From NCBI GenBank assembly GCA_036172245.1, contig JAYWIR010000021.1, forward strand, positions 620,001-684,000: a stretch of 64,000 nucleotides of DNA, given 5' to 3'. The position numbers and the translations under genes were made by a program. This DNA is from Raillietiella orientalis. Taxonomy: Eukaryota. Below are positions 12,750 through 26,208 of this stretch, piece after piece. The notes beneath the pieces are model-generated. The model was not told the DNA's origin. It searched no databases and was given only the letters and a program-made list of their open reading frames with translations. Each line of letters starts with the position of its first letter. The stretch's first letter is position 1.

Positions 12750-13300
12750 AATAACTTTGGTAAAGTTTCTTTGAAACGGAAAAAAAAGGCCTGCGGCATT
12801 CCGCGACAGCTTTAGCGGAAACCTGCCTTGCGGCCACTGAAGTTGAACTGACGATCCGCCGCGTGATCTTCGAGAGGGGAGGGGCCGTTGTGTCGTGCAG
12901 CGTGCACTTCCGTGGAAAAGAAAGTTCCGTCGCCCCCGCGTTCGAAATTTCGCTCCCGTGCGCGGTCGCTCCAGGGGACTCCTCGAAGCAGCTCGGTTCC
13001 CCGTGCTTCCGGGAGACAAGCGACTTGCTCTCCAGCTGGAGCACGCGTCTCCCCCGGAAGCTCTCGCTCGCGTCTCCACGGGCTTTCGGGCCATGTGACC
13101 GAGCGGCAGTTCTTCGAAGGGATTCCTCCTCCCTCTGGAGCCGCGTGGATCCTCTTCTTGGAGGTCCATTGGAAAGGGAAACCCCGTTTGGCACGACGCC
13201 CGCGCCCGCACCTGATGGCGGGTTTCTTCGGTGATGCTGCAGCATCCGTTCAAGCAGGAGGTGACTCTGCAGACGCTGGCTCCTGTCTGTTCAGAGCTCG
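12750..13300 (+). mobile_element. Decayed LINE ORF1-like fragment
   Basis: IFERGGAVVSCSVHFRGK...RLPRKLSLASPRAFGP resembles the RRM-like region of L1/Tx1 ORF1 (LP.E.S....L..FG). Confidence 0.3.
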
Positions 13301-14649
13301 AGTGGAACCTCCACGGGAAGATCCCGCCGAACTGGTGGCGCGCCGTCGAGGAAGTGCGGTTTGCACAAAGCGAGCCGCTCCGCTCTTCGGCGTGTGGGGC
13401 CCTCTCAGCTCCTTGGCTTGCGGTCCCTGAGGAATGCGGAGTTTCCTCGCTTCGGCCGTCCTCCTCCTCCTCCCGGCAGCTTTTCTGAGGTTTCTTCTGC
13501 CCGAGAGCGGGGGCGCTCCGCGGAAGCTGCCGACTCGGAAAATTGCTGCGGCAGCGCGGACAAAACTTGAGGCGGCGGCTCATCTCCCGCAACCAGCGTG
13601 CGAGGGGGAGCGGCAAAACGAAACGGGGAGGGGACGCAATCTTTCGAAAGGACATTTGCAACAGGTGGTCAGCACGGCATGAAATCACGACTACCCTTCT
13701 TCTGAGTGTCCGAAATGCAGACCTCGAATCGCCTCTTAACCAACCGGTCAAACATTCGTATTCATCACAGAATGCAGCCGAATGGGAGTTTCCGCACCAT
13801 CGCTGTGACGGCCGTACTCCGAATGTCTTACCGCGCAATCTGTGACGTTGCATTGGTCAGACGGGAACGCGGGATTGCAGCTTCCTTCGGAGCCTGCCGT
13901 GGAAAGTTCGGTCTTTTCCCTCCTGCGAAGCGAGCCTTCTTCAGCGGAAGAAGCGACCTTTCCGATTTAGTGCGGAGCCGTCGAACGAAGCGCAAAATGA
14001 GCCGCCGTACAAAGTACGCTCGCTTTAATGAGGTGAGAGTGGGGCGCGCCGGTTCGCGTCCTCTCTGGCAGCTGCCAATGCGGACAGATAACTCATTCAC
14101 CAAACTTTCCAAGGGACGCACGCGGCATCCGACCGAAGATCCGATGCTTGCGTGACGCCTCACTCGGTAGGAGGCTGTGCTCCCCCGTTCCGAGAGACGA
14201 GCAGGCGCCATCGGAGGACCACAGTGGTGATTCCGTTGTTTCTTGCAGCAGATGGTGTGTCCAATGGACACTCGGCTGCCGCAGGAAATCCACTGACGTC
14301 GCATTCGGATAACGCGGTATTCATTCCGTTCCTGTGGAGGAAATTCTTATGAAACTTCAAGACGTCTGCACGCCCGCAGCTACTGTGTTGAAATATATGG
14401 AGATTAGCACCAAAAACCAAGAAGTGGCGAATAAGGGAAATCACAAGACACATCGCAGAACGCTGAGAATCAACAGGACAGAAGAGTCTATAAAAATGCA
14501 AAGAATGGAAGAAAGCCCTCGAATTTTTGGGGGGTCGAAGTAAGTGCTGCTGCATGCGGAACGAATAATGCCCTAGGAAGAACGGAAGCATCCGCCCATT
14601 CATTTGACCAAGAAACCCCCACGAGTCGTTTGTCGGCATTTACTTTTGT

Positions 14650-15035
14650 TTCGACACGCTCACCGCGGATGCGACGAGCCGGCTGGACGTCTTTTGGCAC
14701 GGTGGTTACTCTCTTGGCATGGATAGCGCATAGGTCAGGACCTTCAAAGAGGTCCCTGACCAGATAGGCTTCACTAGGGCCAACACTGCCGAGCCTTGGA
14801 AGCGCAAATCCGTTTTGAGATCTTGAGCCGTTCCACGTGCCCAACGGTGGATCAGCAGCTGGGTGCTCTTCTGGCAAGGACGAATCTTTCGCCAGGCAAC
14901 AGCGCCTGGACGGTGACGACGAGGCTTCTTCCTAACACCTCCTGTAGCTGCAGCACTCTTGCGAGCCCCCTTCGCTAACCGCTTCCTCGGCCTTACCACC
15001 AGTACTCTCACGAGCGGTTTGCTTTGTACCTTATC
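14650..15035 (-). pseudogene. Histone H3 pseudogene
   Basis: Frameshifted, intronless H3: [13 protein letters not shown] / [38 protein letters not shown] / [18 protein letters not shown] / [39 protein letters not shown]. Start codon lost and stop codon mutated. Confidence 0.92.
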
Positions 15036-18000
15036 AAGAAAGCACTTTGTCAACCACCAAGAGCAACCACAACGTTGGGAATTTTCAGTACACTCTGCTG
15101 GCTTCCCCCACTGAGGATCCCCTAGCCTTTCACTCGTGCTCGTGATAAAACGGTCCGAAGAATCAAATTCAGGTCGGCCTTCCGCACTTTGATCTCAGCC
15201 AAACGGTCAACAAGAGACCTTCTCCTGCTACCTTTTTCTTTTCGGGGGGGGAGGGGGGATTCCGAAAAAATGCAGCTTGATTTATAAGGCTAGAAGGCTC
15301 GGTCTCACCGCACCCTATTCTGTTTGGAGTGCGAGGACTGCATCTTCCATTAGGAAAACACGCAAACAGCAGAAGCAGAGTTACGTCGCCGATGGCCTGT
15401 CAAAAAATGCATCGGTTGAAAACCAATTTGTGTCATCAAAGTAATGGCATTAAAAACAACGAACGGTCAGTTGATCCACCTAAGGAAACGAAACAAACGC
15501 ACGAGACATTGGAAATCTACGTGGACAGATCAGGGTTGATCGGTTCCAATAAAGCAGACGCAAAACGGTATTCCTCCATCCGGAAATCGGATGGAGAGCT
15601 TCCGCACTTGCAGTGAACTTGGAAGTTGGAAAATTCCTTTTACCAAGGCTGTTCGATTTTCCACCTCGCCCACTTGGAACTTGTGGCGGGCGATGGCTTG
15701 GAGGTAGATGGAATGATGGAAAACTAATGAAGAATATGCGGAAGCAGCCGCGTTTTCATTAAATGGGAGAACATCCATTTGTCCGTGCATCTTGAAATGT
15801 CCAACATTCATTCATTCGAGAGTTATCATCTGAAACCCGGTGATTTTTCCTTCTTCGGATTAGTGAAGAGTGAAGGATCTATTGAAACGAAAATGATTAG
15901 GATTGATTAAGATAAAATAAGTAAAAAAAAAAAAAAAAAAACCCTAGCTGCTTACAAGAATTCGATCCACGAAGGATTCCGGTTACATGCCAATCGAGCT
16001 ACCTTATTTCCATCATGAATTTTGGTGTCACAGAATACACACGAGGCCTTTAGACGAAACGGTGGTCCATGCCACAGAAGGGTGTCCCTCGTGAGGAGAT
16101 GGTGTCCAATGTGGCACGCCGCTCAAGAGCAACGCGCGTCTCTCGCGGAAACTGCCAAGGAAAACAAGAAAAAAAAAAAAAAACGAACCAAAAAGAGAGA
16201 ATTGCGATCGGAACGCTACACTCGTGTTCGTGTCTTCGAGAAGGAATTCGATAAACGTTGCATGGGAGACTGGGAAACTCCTACCTCTGAGCACTAGGGA
16301 ACCGAAAGAGTGACCCCCGAGTCATCGCAAGGAAACACAGCAGCATGCAGTGGTTATAAAGAAGGAACATCTCTTTATTCTCTGTAAGAAAGAATATTAT
16401 CCATAAGATCATATTCTTTCTGATTTCTGACTTGTGGAAATGCGGCGGCGAGGACTTCTTCTTCACCGCGTGCCGCTTAAGAACTCGCTTTGGCTGCAGC
16501 GGACACGTGGACAAACCATGCTGTGTGGAAAAATCGATGGAAAAGTCACCTCGAAATCGCGAACACGTTTCTGAATACTCTGGCATGCGGTGAGGTGTTT
16601 GGTTTACTCCTAAATTCCGTGTACGTATCCGCGTTTCTGTGAGCAATCCGCGTGTTCTCGTGAGAAATCGACCGGGAGGCTCGACTGAGAAAGTCCTCCC
16701 AGAAAAAATCCCTCCGCCTTCAAGACAAGGGAAGCAATTTTGAGGAAGCATCTATCCATCAAGATAACCGTGCATACTATCAGTGCATTTTCGGACCTCT
16801 CGGATAACCATTTTCACGATAAAGGAATGTTTGGAATGTTTGAATTAGGCGGATTAGAAGCTAATGGATGAGATAGTAAGATGTCAATAAAACTACATAT
16901 TAGAAAGTGCGCCATTAATTCACCATCACGTATTTTCTGCTGCCGAGAGATGTGCCCAATTTTTCTCCACAACAGCAGCGACTGCCCCCTTCTTTCAAGT
17001 GCGTTTGCGACTTGAGTATTTGATATTCAAGAGGCGACCTCGCTCATTCGCGAAATTCCATAACCGAATTCACAATGGCATTTGATGATTCAACGAATCG
17101 TTTACCCACGGAAAATCGGAAAACATTCCAAGATAAAAAAGGAAGGTGGGCTTTCCTGATTGCAGAGTGAGTTTTTCAATTTGCAAATGCACAATGAAGT
17201 CCACGCACGGAAGCACTCGACGGTGAGGACGGTTGGCCCGCATTTCCTTTGTAATTAATAGAGAAATTACAAGATCGTTGCTAGAGAGATGATCACGTGG
17301 AAGTGGAGCCTGCCGTCACGGACTCTATTCTTTGCTTTTACCTTCATTTTACTTTTGCAACCCAAGTAGGAATGTCTTTAATGCACTGCTGTGGGCACAT
17401 TAGAAACGTCGAAGTTGCCTGAGAAAGACTCCTTATTGACTGGGCGCCACCACGGATGCGTGGTACAAATGATAATAACGTTTCATGAATTGCCTCAGGA
17501 TGCGGCTAAATTAATCCGGAGGCAGGCCGATCTTCCAATATACTTTAAAATGACCTTCAGCAGAATGCCTCGTGCCCGCAGCATGCCAATACAAAGTTGG
17601 GCGCGCGCGAAGGAATTTGATGCTCCCATCTTTCCGTGGCGCCACGCGTCGAAACGGAGCAAAACACTTCGATGTAGTTGAGGATAATGAGTGCTAATCG
17701 TTTGCTTGCAACTCTTAACGTAGCCTTCTTTTCTTTTCACGTGACTACCCAAATCCATTTGGGAGCTGCTGATTCCATTGGCGTTTTCCTTAACATTTTA
17801 TTGCCATTCAACTCCATTGTAAAACTAATTTTCTTTTCTTCTTATACGGAAATCAACTTGCCCTTTCTTGGAGAGATCAGTATTGCAAGTTTCCAAATGA
17901 TTCGAATTACTCATTTTTCCCACTGAACCAGAGCTCAACTTTCCGGTTTAAGAATTCAACGAGAGCGAAGTCCTCTAATTACACAACAAAAAAATTGACA

Positions 18001-18136
18001 CCTAATCCCTGAAACGCAATTTTTTTCTCCCTTTTTAGTTTATCCATTAACACTGAAAACTAAGTTGTGTGTATCCATATAGAAAGCAGGATAAATAAGA
18101 AAAAGCTTTTTTAATGGCTCCTCGCACCACAGATAT

Positions 18137-18380
18137 TTATGAAAATGTTTGTGGTGCATAGAAACTGCATAGATTCCGACCATGTTCACGCCCTGACAGC
18201 AATTTTCGTAAACCATTCACGCGAAATTCTGTTTTGACCTGAACTAAGGGTGTGTAAGCACATGTTAGCATTCCTATGATTTTAATAAGATTCGTGATGC
18301 AATTCCGCAGCTCGTTGATAAAAGGCTTGGGTTCCACTGAAACAAATTCCACAAAAAACACGCTCAGCACCATGTCCGAG
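18137..18380 (-). mobile_element. Possible pogo/Tigger DDE transposase remnant
   Basis: MVLSVFF...IIGMLTCAYTPLVQVKTEFRVNGLRKLL resembles the DDE_1 motif P..T..LQP.D..VN...K. Confidence 0.3.
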
Positions 18381-20613
18381 CGAGCGAATGTAAGAGCTCG
18401 TGACTTGGCAACACTGGTGCCTTTAACTCGGGGGACCTTGCTGGCATCGTTGCACGTGGCAAATGCCGGTTACGGACGCTCACAATGAAATGTGTAAATT
18501 CGAAACTCCAAAGTTCCTACTTCGTTTCTTCCTGGTTACGCTGCTGGTCACACACAATGGAAACTCTAAACCCCTCATAATATTACCACTGATATAGACA
18601 AGTTACGAGCTCAAGTTGCACACAAGTCGCCTGGGAAATGTTCCCTACACGTAAATATTCCATCAAGTTGAACGCTCCATAAACTAGCTGTACAGACGTA
18701 CCCAAATGGTCGATGCTATTTCACCTGTTCCTTTATCATCAAAGCACTAAACTGAAGCATTCGTGTTTGTCAACTGGCATTAGTGTCCAAAATCCCATCG
18801 ATAGTTCCCAGCATTCTCCTCCTCTTTCATGCTCCACTTGCAAAGTGGCCTTGCGAGGGATACTCCACGGGGTATTCGCTTCTCAATTGAGGATTTGAAC
18901 AAGAAATTTCTTGTAAGCTGTTGGAAACAATGCAGAACTGCCTCCAGGAACATAGCCACCATCATACAGCACGACTGAAAGCAAGATTTATAAGGCAGCT
19001 AATAGTACAGTCGAGAATTGTACTGGAGCTTTTGCGTAATTGCAATCACGCACTACGAGCCAACTTGCTGCATGTGAAATGTTGCAGTGGTGCATTCCCA
19101 TTCAGTTCTCAAACTGATAAGAGTTTCTTCATTTTCAACAGGGGGACTTTCTCACAGACTTTTTCAATAGGAAAGTGGCAGTCGAAATTTCTGCACTACG
19201 CGAACTGATTTCAGAAATGCTGCTGCCTCTTTCGTCTTCGAGAAATCCCTTATGCCGTTTCAAGATTCCAAAGCCTGCTTGTTTTAATAATGTGGAAGCA
19301 TTTTCCAGAGTCCAAGCATCCCCCCCCTCCCCCCACACACACACATTTCATTTTTTTCAGGAAGCATTCTCTTCGGCTTCAAACTGCACAAACGGTTCCT
19401 CTCGTCCTCGCCGCGACTTTTTTCCGTCCTGTGGCCACCATGGCGAACGATGCTCGATTTTCGTTAACAAAGATTAAAAGTGAAAACACGCCCACGCTGT
19501 TATTAACGCATGTAAGCACAGTTCAGTTAAGTCATGGTAAAGCAACCAAACCATGAGCCCATCGTGTTAGTACAGCAGACTTCATTTTTCTAAACTTTGG
19601 TATCTCCGCACCCCGAATTCATTACACTGTTACCAGACTTCGGATGCATCCAAGGGAACTTTCCCATTACGGAACGGTATCCTCGATGTCGATAAGTTGA
19701 TAAAGATAACGTGCGAATCTCAGTTTGTTTCTATTTTGAGTACAGACCTCGAAAGATACACACTCTCAAGTTATGGGTATTTTATTAAATGAAGTATGTA
19801 TGCAAGTGTTATCATCAAGAAATCATTACACGTGGCTAGAAAGGCAACTTCTCGATAGCTTTTTTCGTCATTGAAATTTCCTACAACATTCACAAGATCA
19901 AACCTTTAAAACTCATTTGGCTTCCAACGCCTAAAGCTTCCAATTTCCACATTTCTTTTCCGTAAATGTGTAATGACCGTCTATTAAAAAGTGTCATGCA
20001 AAATTTGTACATGTGGTATGCAAATATTCTACTTGCAGGTTCATGAAGCAGTGCGAATTCTGCAGTCCTGTGAACATGGAAATTCCAAGGAATTAATATC
20101 TTCAGAGAATCTCGAGATGGAAAAACATCATTCGTGCAAAGTCCATCAACAAACTCAAACAGATACACAAAGATGTACTTTCTGCCATAAATCTCAAGAT
20201 GTCAACTTCTTGATTCCGTTTCACCCAGTCCCTCCATTAAGAAGCAACCAAATTTCACTGATTTCTCCCATATCATGCCCCAATCTCACAAATGTGTTAG
20301 TAAATGAGGCATCTTCAGTTACTATTGCAAAAGATGCAGCATTAATGGATATTAATTCTCTCTCTCACATGTTTTGATTCCACCCACCCAGCCACCCTAT
20401 GTATCAATTTATTTATGTTCGATCATTCTGTAATTTGGAATGCACTTGGCTCAGAAGACATCTTATAACTGGTTAATGGATTCTTCTGTCTTCAAAAAAT
20501 CAACGTGAAGGAATAAAGATGCTGAGAAGAACAGCCCATCAATACTCTAGTGCTGTTTTTCTTAATATCAGCACAACACTTGACCATCATCAACAAAGCA
20601 GAATGTGTTTAAA

Positions 20614-22456
20614 TTACAATTCATCACGCAGAAGGGTATATCTGTTCCTGGATGGTAACAGATTACGAAACATTGACTCTGGTGGGTTAAGGGAGGTCTT
20701 TTTCAGTGATTTGACAGTAGGAGCAGATTCAGTATCTGTTTCCACTTTAGGCACAACTTTTCCATCAGACAATATAGTTGTTTCAGTTGAGCTGGGGCTG
20801 GGTTTAGTAGGATCAGGCCCATAATGAAACTCCCGATGAAGTTTTCCAGTAAACAAATCCGCGATGAACTGTTTCAGCAACCCTGGTTCCGACATTTTTG
20901 AATAATCAGGGAAAGTATACATGTGACGAAAGCTGTCAATAACAATCAATGGCAAATCGCCAGCACTTTTACCCAGGTGATGTAAGGGATAGTGAAACAA
21001 AATTCCATTAGCCGTCAAAAAATTGATGTTTCCTAAATATTTTCCTGTACACATACACATTAGCTGAACTTACCTTTTTCAGCCATGAGTTCCTGTTCCA
21101 CTATTCCTTTAAATTTGGCAGGACTCTCCTGATCTTCAGGATGATGAAAAAGAATAAGGAAGGGGATCCCTTCCTCAGCCAATTCTTCTGCATTCTCAAA
21201 GGTGATCTCTCGCACTAAACTGATGCAATGTTCCTTGGACCAAGCTAACACTTGTTTGAAATCCATGGGATCACCACGAAAAATGACTTCTTCTTCTGCA
21301 CGATTTTCCTTCATTTGTCCTGATCGAAATGTTAACAGAGTTTCATCATGTGGTTTTAAAACTCTTAAGGCAGGTCTAAAGAATTATCACATTATTACGA
21401 AGTAACTATGATTGAAGGCATACCCACCCATGCCCCAAATAAAAGGAGCACTCTTGTTTTAGTTGCTGGGCAACTTTCCTGAGTACACTGGCTTCCAAAG
21501 AATTCTTGCTCTCACTATAGGCTATAATGATTCCTTTACTATCCTACAATTCTGCTCAGTGGTTTCAATGACCTTCCTCATTAGAGAGGCTTCTTACATT
21601 GATTCTGTTCAGTGTGTCTAAATCTTCGAACTCAATCACAGGGTCTCGAAGAACACCTTCAACAAACTTAAGAAATGCATCCACTGTTCTCTCTCCTCGG
21701 TATTCTCTGTTTGAAACCACTCCATCAACTATGTATTTGAGGGTAGGATACTTTGTTATGGAAAAGTTGGATGCCAAGCTGCCTAAGTTGAACAAAAAAA
21801 AAAAAAAGTAAACATTTTATATAATAAGTGAAATGTAAAGGAGAAGCGAGAAAGAAAGAAAGAAAACAAAAATAGGAATGCTAAAAAAAGATAAAAGTAA
21901 AGCACAACTATTCCTTAACATTGTCAAATACATTTTCTTCTTTAATTTTGTATGCCAACTTGAGCAGTCTTCAAACGGGAAAATTTTTTGCATACAAATC
22001 TAAATGTAAACTGCCTTAACCCGGCAGACTGCAAAAACTTAAACTTTTATATTCTGAATCGGATTTCTTGATAAATGTTAGATTACATGATAATACTGGT
22101 ATGTTTAATATTACAATCAATACATAGCAAAATTTCATTCCAAGGTAACATATTAAACTGAAGAGGAATACCTTCAAAAACATGGGAGCATACTTTATTA
22201 CTTTATTTTATAATTATCACGAAATGAAATTTGAAAATCACTTCATTTGAAAGGCATATTCATGAGAATTTGGCTCAGATTACAAAAGATTTGAAAATGC
22301 TACCTTCTTTATCACAGTCAACTTCAGCAAACATGACTTTTTGGGTAGCAAATACGTTCAATGCCTTCAAAGCTGCTGCTTCCCACACAGGAGCCAATTG
22401 CTGACTGTATTTACACCAATGGGCATAGAAGTTTATAAACACAAAACTGTGGTTTC
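20614..22456 (-). CDS. ERP44: Endoplasmic reticulum resident protein 44 (thioredoxin-fold PDI family), 5' exon(s) unresolved
   Basis: Exons 22456-22304 (FINFYAHWCKYSQQLAPVWE...AEVDCDKE), 21782-21598 (ITKYPTLK...REYRGERTVDAF), 21543-21428, 21375-21074 (LVREITFENAEELAEEGIPFLILFH) and 21032-20614 (DSFRHMYTF...GKLHREFHYGPD...PPESMF...PSRNRYTLLRDEL*). GT-AG boundaries, phases consistent, RDEL retention signal. Confidence 0.95.
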
Positions 22457-23264
22457 CTAAAGGAAAAATACTCTACAATAAGAACACTATTTGAATGTGG
22501 AACAAGAACCAAGCAAATCTCATTTTGAGATGGGCAGACCTTGAGAAGCTCAAGTGACAGCTTATATTCGTAACCTTGAGCCAGTTAATTTCTCGCAGTT
22601 TTAAAAAACACACAAAAAAAAAAAACCATCGCTATATGTACAATTGCCCTGTTAAGTGAATGCTTTCGTAAGAAACTACAGTTACTTTGTTCCAAAATGT
22701 TGCTCGGATTTGTTTTCACTCAATACGAATGGAAGACAATGAAAATGAACACGAAAAATGACGGAAAATTCGAAATGGCTGGCCGCGATAATCATGAAAA
22801 ATTGCCTCAGCCGCAATTCATCACGAATTACCTGTCGCATCTTCAAAATTTCTCGAAGTCAGGGAGAGGGATTTGGTTTCCCCCACCGCTAGCAAATTCG
22901 TCAACTGAAAACGTTCGATTTTAGGGGGCACTTTTTTCGGCAGGCTCTACTCACGGAGGTAAGCAGGTAAACGTGAAGGAGCATTTCAGAATCCCTCCTG
23001 CAGCAATCGATCCCAAAATTCACTTTCCTTGCTGGCTTTATCTCGCGGCTGACACACACACACCGTTCGACAACTACGGCTTCATCTCGTCGTCGTCGCA
23101 CTTTTTTTTTTTTTTTCTACCAAGCCCGTGCCTTCCTGCAGGACACGTGGAGGGGTGAATAATTCCACGAACGAGTGACCAAGAGTTTGACTGGGCAGAC
23201 AACGTGATCTGAGGAGGAGGAGGGCACCGCCGCAAGTATTGCAAAGGGCGTTTCGAACCTCACG

Positions 23265-23795
23265 AGCTGCTGCTGCTGCTGCTGCTGCTTCCCGTCTCCC
23301 AGCCACCTCGAGTCGTGGGTCGCAAACGGAAATGACAGGAGCTCCAGGGGCTCGGCGGAAGAGTTTGGCAGACCAACTTTTCCACCACCACCACCACCAC
23401 CACCACCACACGCAGGGCCTTGGGAGGGGGACGGATCGGAGAAAGCGCCGCTGCGGCGGCGGCGGCGACCCAGGGCTGGCTGGCTGGCTGGCTGGCTGGG
23501 GGGGGGGCAACCGGACCGGCTCGCTTCCGCACAGACCGCACACACACTTTCCGGCAGCCGCCGCCAACGGAAAGGAGCGCGCACGGCGACCACGCGCACC
23601 GGGGCTGTCCCGCCGGGGGGGGGGGGGGGGGACGACGACGACGACAACGACGACGGCGGCGGTTTGCCAACTGTTCCGCCGCGAAATCGAAACCACACCG
23701 CACGAGAAACCATTCTCTCTTCGCAAGAACGAACAAGCCTACATTAAGGTACCTCCCTTTCTGCCCCCCCCCCCCCCCCCAAAAAAAAAAAAAAA
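23265..23795. repeat. GC-rich microsatellite cluster: (GCT)n, (CAC)n, (GGC)n, (GGCT)n, poly-G, (GAC)n, poly-C/poly-A
   Basis: Directly visible simple repeats. Confidence 0.85.
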
Positions 23796-26208
23796 CATAC
23801 ATCCTCCACCCACTGAAACAGAAAAACACCAGCGGACGGGACGGCAGAACCTTCGACGACCTTCAGCCGGGGAGTTCGGACTCGTAGACGGACACTCCAT
23901 CCAAGATGGACGCTTCTCAGCCAGAAAAGTGCCTTCCGCAGACGTGTCAGTCGCAGTCGCACCGAAAGCCCTATCCATCTGCGAATTAGCAAAATCAATC
24001 ATTTTTAGATCACATGCGAAGAACAGTGTTCCAGCTGACAGTAGAAAATTGTGAAACGGCACTTTCTTCCACAAACATCGTTCGTGAATTTAGCGGAACC
24101 TATTGGCGAAGTACCAGGAGCAGTCCTGCCCTCCCCATTCCGGAACGAATTCGAATTACCGCCAACTCCACCGCGGAAGTCTGAGCATCCTGCATTCCTT
24201 CCGACCCAACGTTTTCTCTTCGCCACAATGGCCTCCCAGGTGCAGCGAGCGCAACAAATCACATGAAAAAGGACTGAACTAATTGTAGACACCCACGAAC
24301 GCTTTCCGTAGGATGAACCTAAATCAGTTAGATCTATCTAAACCAATTACAACAATTATGATGATCCCAAGATCCAATTTTCTTCTTTTGTTTGATTCAT
24401 CAGCTAGCTCGTATCGCCGAATAAACGGGAAATTAGTTACAGGGTTGGCAAACAACAGTGGATTATGTATGATATGACCACCTATCCATCGAACCCCATA
24501 GAGATCGAAATGAACAAATACATCACACAATATTTGAATCATTCGATTCAAGTAAGTTTTGTCTGAGCTCAGAAGTGATTGCAGAAAAAATAGAAACCCT
24601 TTGACTTCCAGATGACAACAACAAAATCTGTCGTCACGATAGCAATCCTCGTGTGAGTATTCGACTCAAAGGTGTTCAATGAATTTTGGGTGGCAGTCAG
24701 TAAATCGACCGATTTCTGGGAGATGTTACAATGGGTTGCACTTTGTTAATGACGAAATCACTGAATACACGGAGATTGACGATCTGAATAAGCAGCTGGT
24801 TACTCTCGAAGTATCTTCGGTTAATTTTGAGAAAAACGGATGTCTGATTCCAAGTATGAAAAAATAATTATGGAAATGTATTAGAATATCCGGAGATAAC
24901 GGCATATTTCCACAACTACCTTTTCACACTTAGAATCAGACATCAATTTTTGTCAAAATGAATCCAACAAACATCTACTGCTCGGTATCAAATCAAACAT
25001 CTGCTGCTCACCTACATCTACTCATCATAAATTTTCATTCCTAAAGTACCCAGGTCTTTTCCTTTGAATCTCATTCATCTGAACGATATTACCTCTTGTG
25101 TCAAACTGTTCAGCTACATCAAAACAGTTGTATAAATAGCTGTAATTTCATTCTTTCAGCATCTTATGCAGTTTCCACTTAGAATAAACCTTAACGTAAA
25201 CACCAGACTCTTTGGTAGCACCAAGCTACTCTAGTGATTATTTTTCTGAAACCTGATGATCCTTCAAATGTCCTCTTTACACAGAAAATGGATGAATACA
25301 CAAAGCATAGAAGTATTATCACAGTATTAAATATGGCATTAGCGTAAACTATGCACCTTTGGGAATATTTATTGTGATACTTTCTCCCTTTTTAATATAA
25401 AGCTATTTTGAAATAATAAAATGAAAATATTATACAAGAAGTTCTCGAACTAAAAAATAGGGGATCAGAAATTGAGCAAATGGATTACTCAACTATACGG
25501 AATAACTATCAGAAATGAGCTTTTACAATATCTGAATTGAAAAAAAAGATCATCAAATACCATTCAGAACTTTAATAGAATGTCTAAATAAATTCTATCT
25601 TGATTATAAAAGTAAAGTACTAATTGCATTGCAAATGTAAAAAATTCCTACATTTGTGCTCCTATATTTAAAATCAATTTTATGTATTAGTATTATACAA
25701 CAAAAGCCAAATAAAGGTCTTGAAAACTTGATCGAAAAAAAAGAACTTGAGAAAGAATTCCTGGAGTAGGATTAGTTGACTGAAATCAAATACGAAAACT
25801 ATTGAATGCATATTTCTAAAAGAAAGTTAGGTTATTACTGATGTAGAAAATTTCTCCGAAAATTATGAACACTGAACGAATATTATATTATGCTATTTAT
25901 AACGCCGTTCTGGAAAGCAAATCAGTATAATATTAAGTATGAAGACAAAAAGTGATCATCATGCTTAAATTACTTCTCAAGTATTCGAAACTATGAGATC
26001 ATTTCTAGAGAGATGAGATGCAAATTCGTGATGTATGTTTAGTGCTTGAAAATGCTGGTGTCAGGTTAGAAAACAAGAATCTTTCGAATTTATATGATCA
26101 GAGCGCCCATCAATGCAAAATAACAGATTTGGTAATTCTGAAACCGGAATTGATTTCGTGAGTCAATGAGCAAACGGTGCCAGGAACTTGCATGCGAGCT
26201 GCGGTGAA

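Noticed and set aside
11007..13853. Long minus-strand ORFs (347, 322 and 400 aa) as genes
   Set aside because: Arg/Pro/Ser-rich shadow frames of GC-rich DNA, antisense to Elk exons or over TE debris; no domain motifs.
18921..19208. hAT transposase remnant (LLHVKCCS)
   Set aside because: A single weak motif lacking the conserved CxxH histidine.
23225..23265. Minus-strand EVRNAL resembling the end of the Elk coiled coil
   Set aside because: Wrong strand for the Elk gene and the similarity does not extend.
24300..26000. Gene or transposase in the AT-rich stretch upstream of RPL3
   Set aside because: Only short open segments; no consistent splice chain or recognisable motif.
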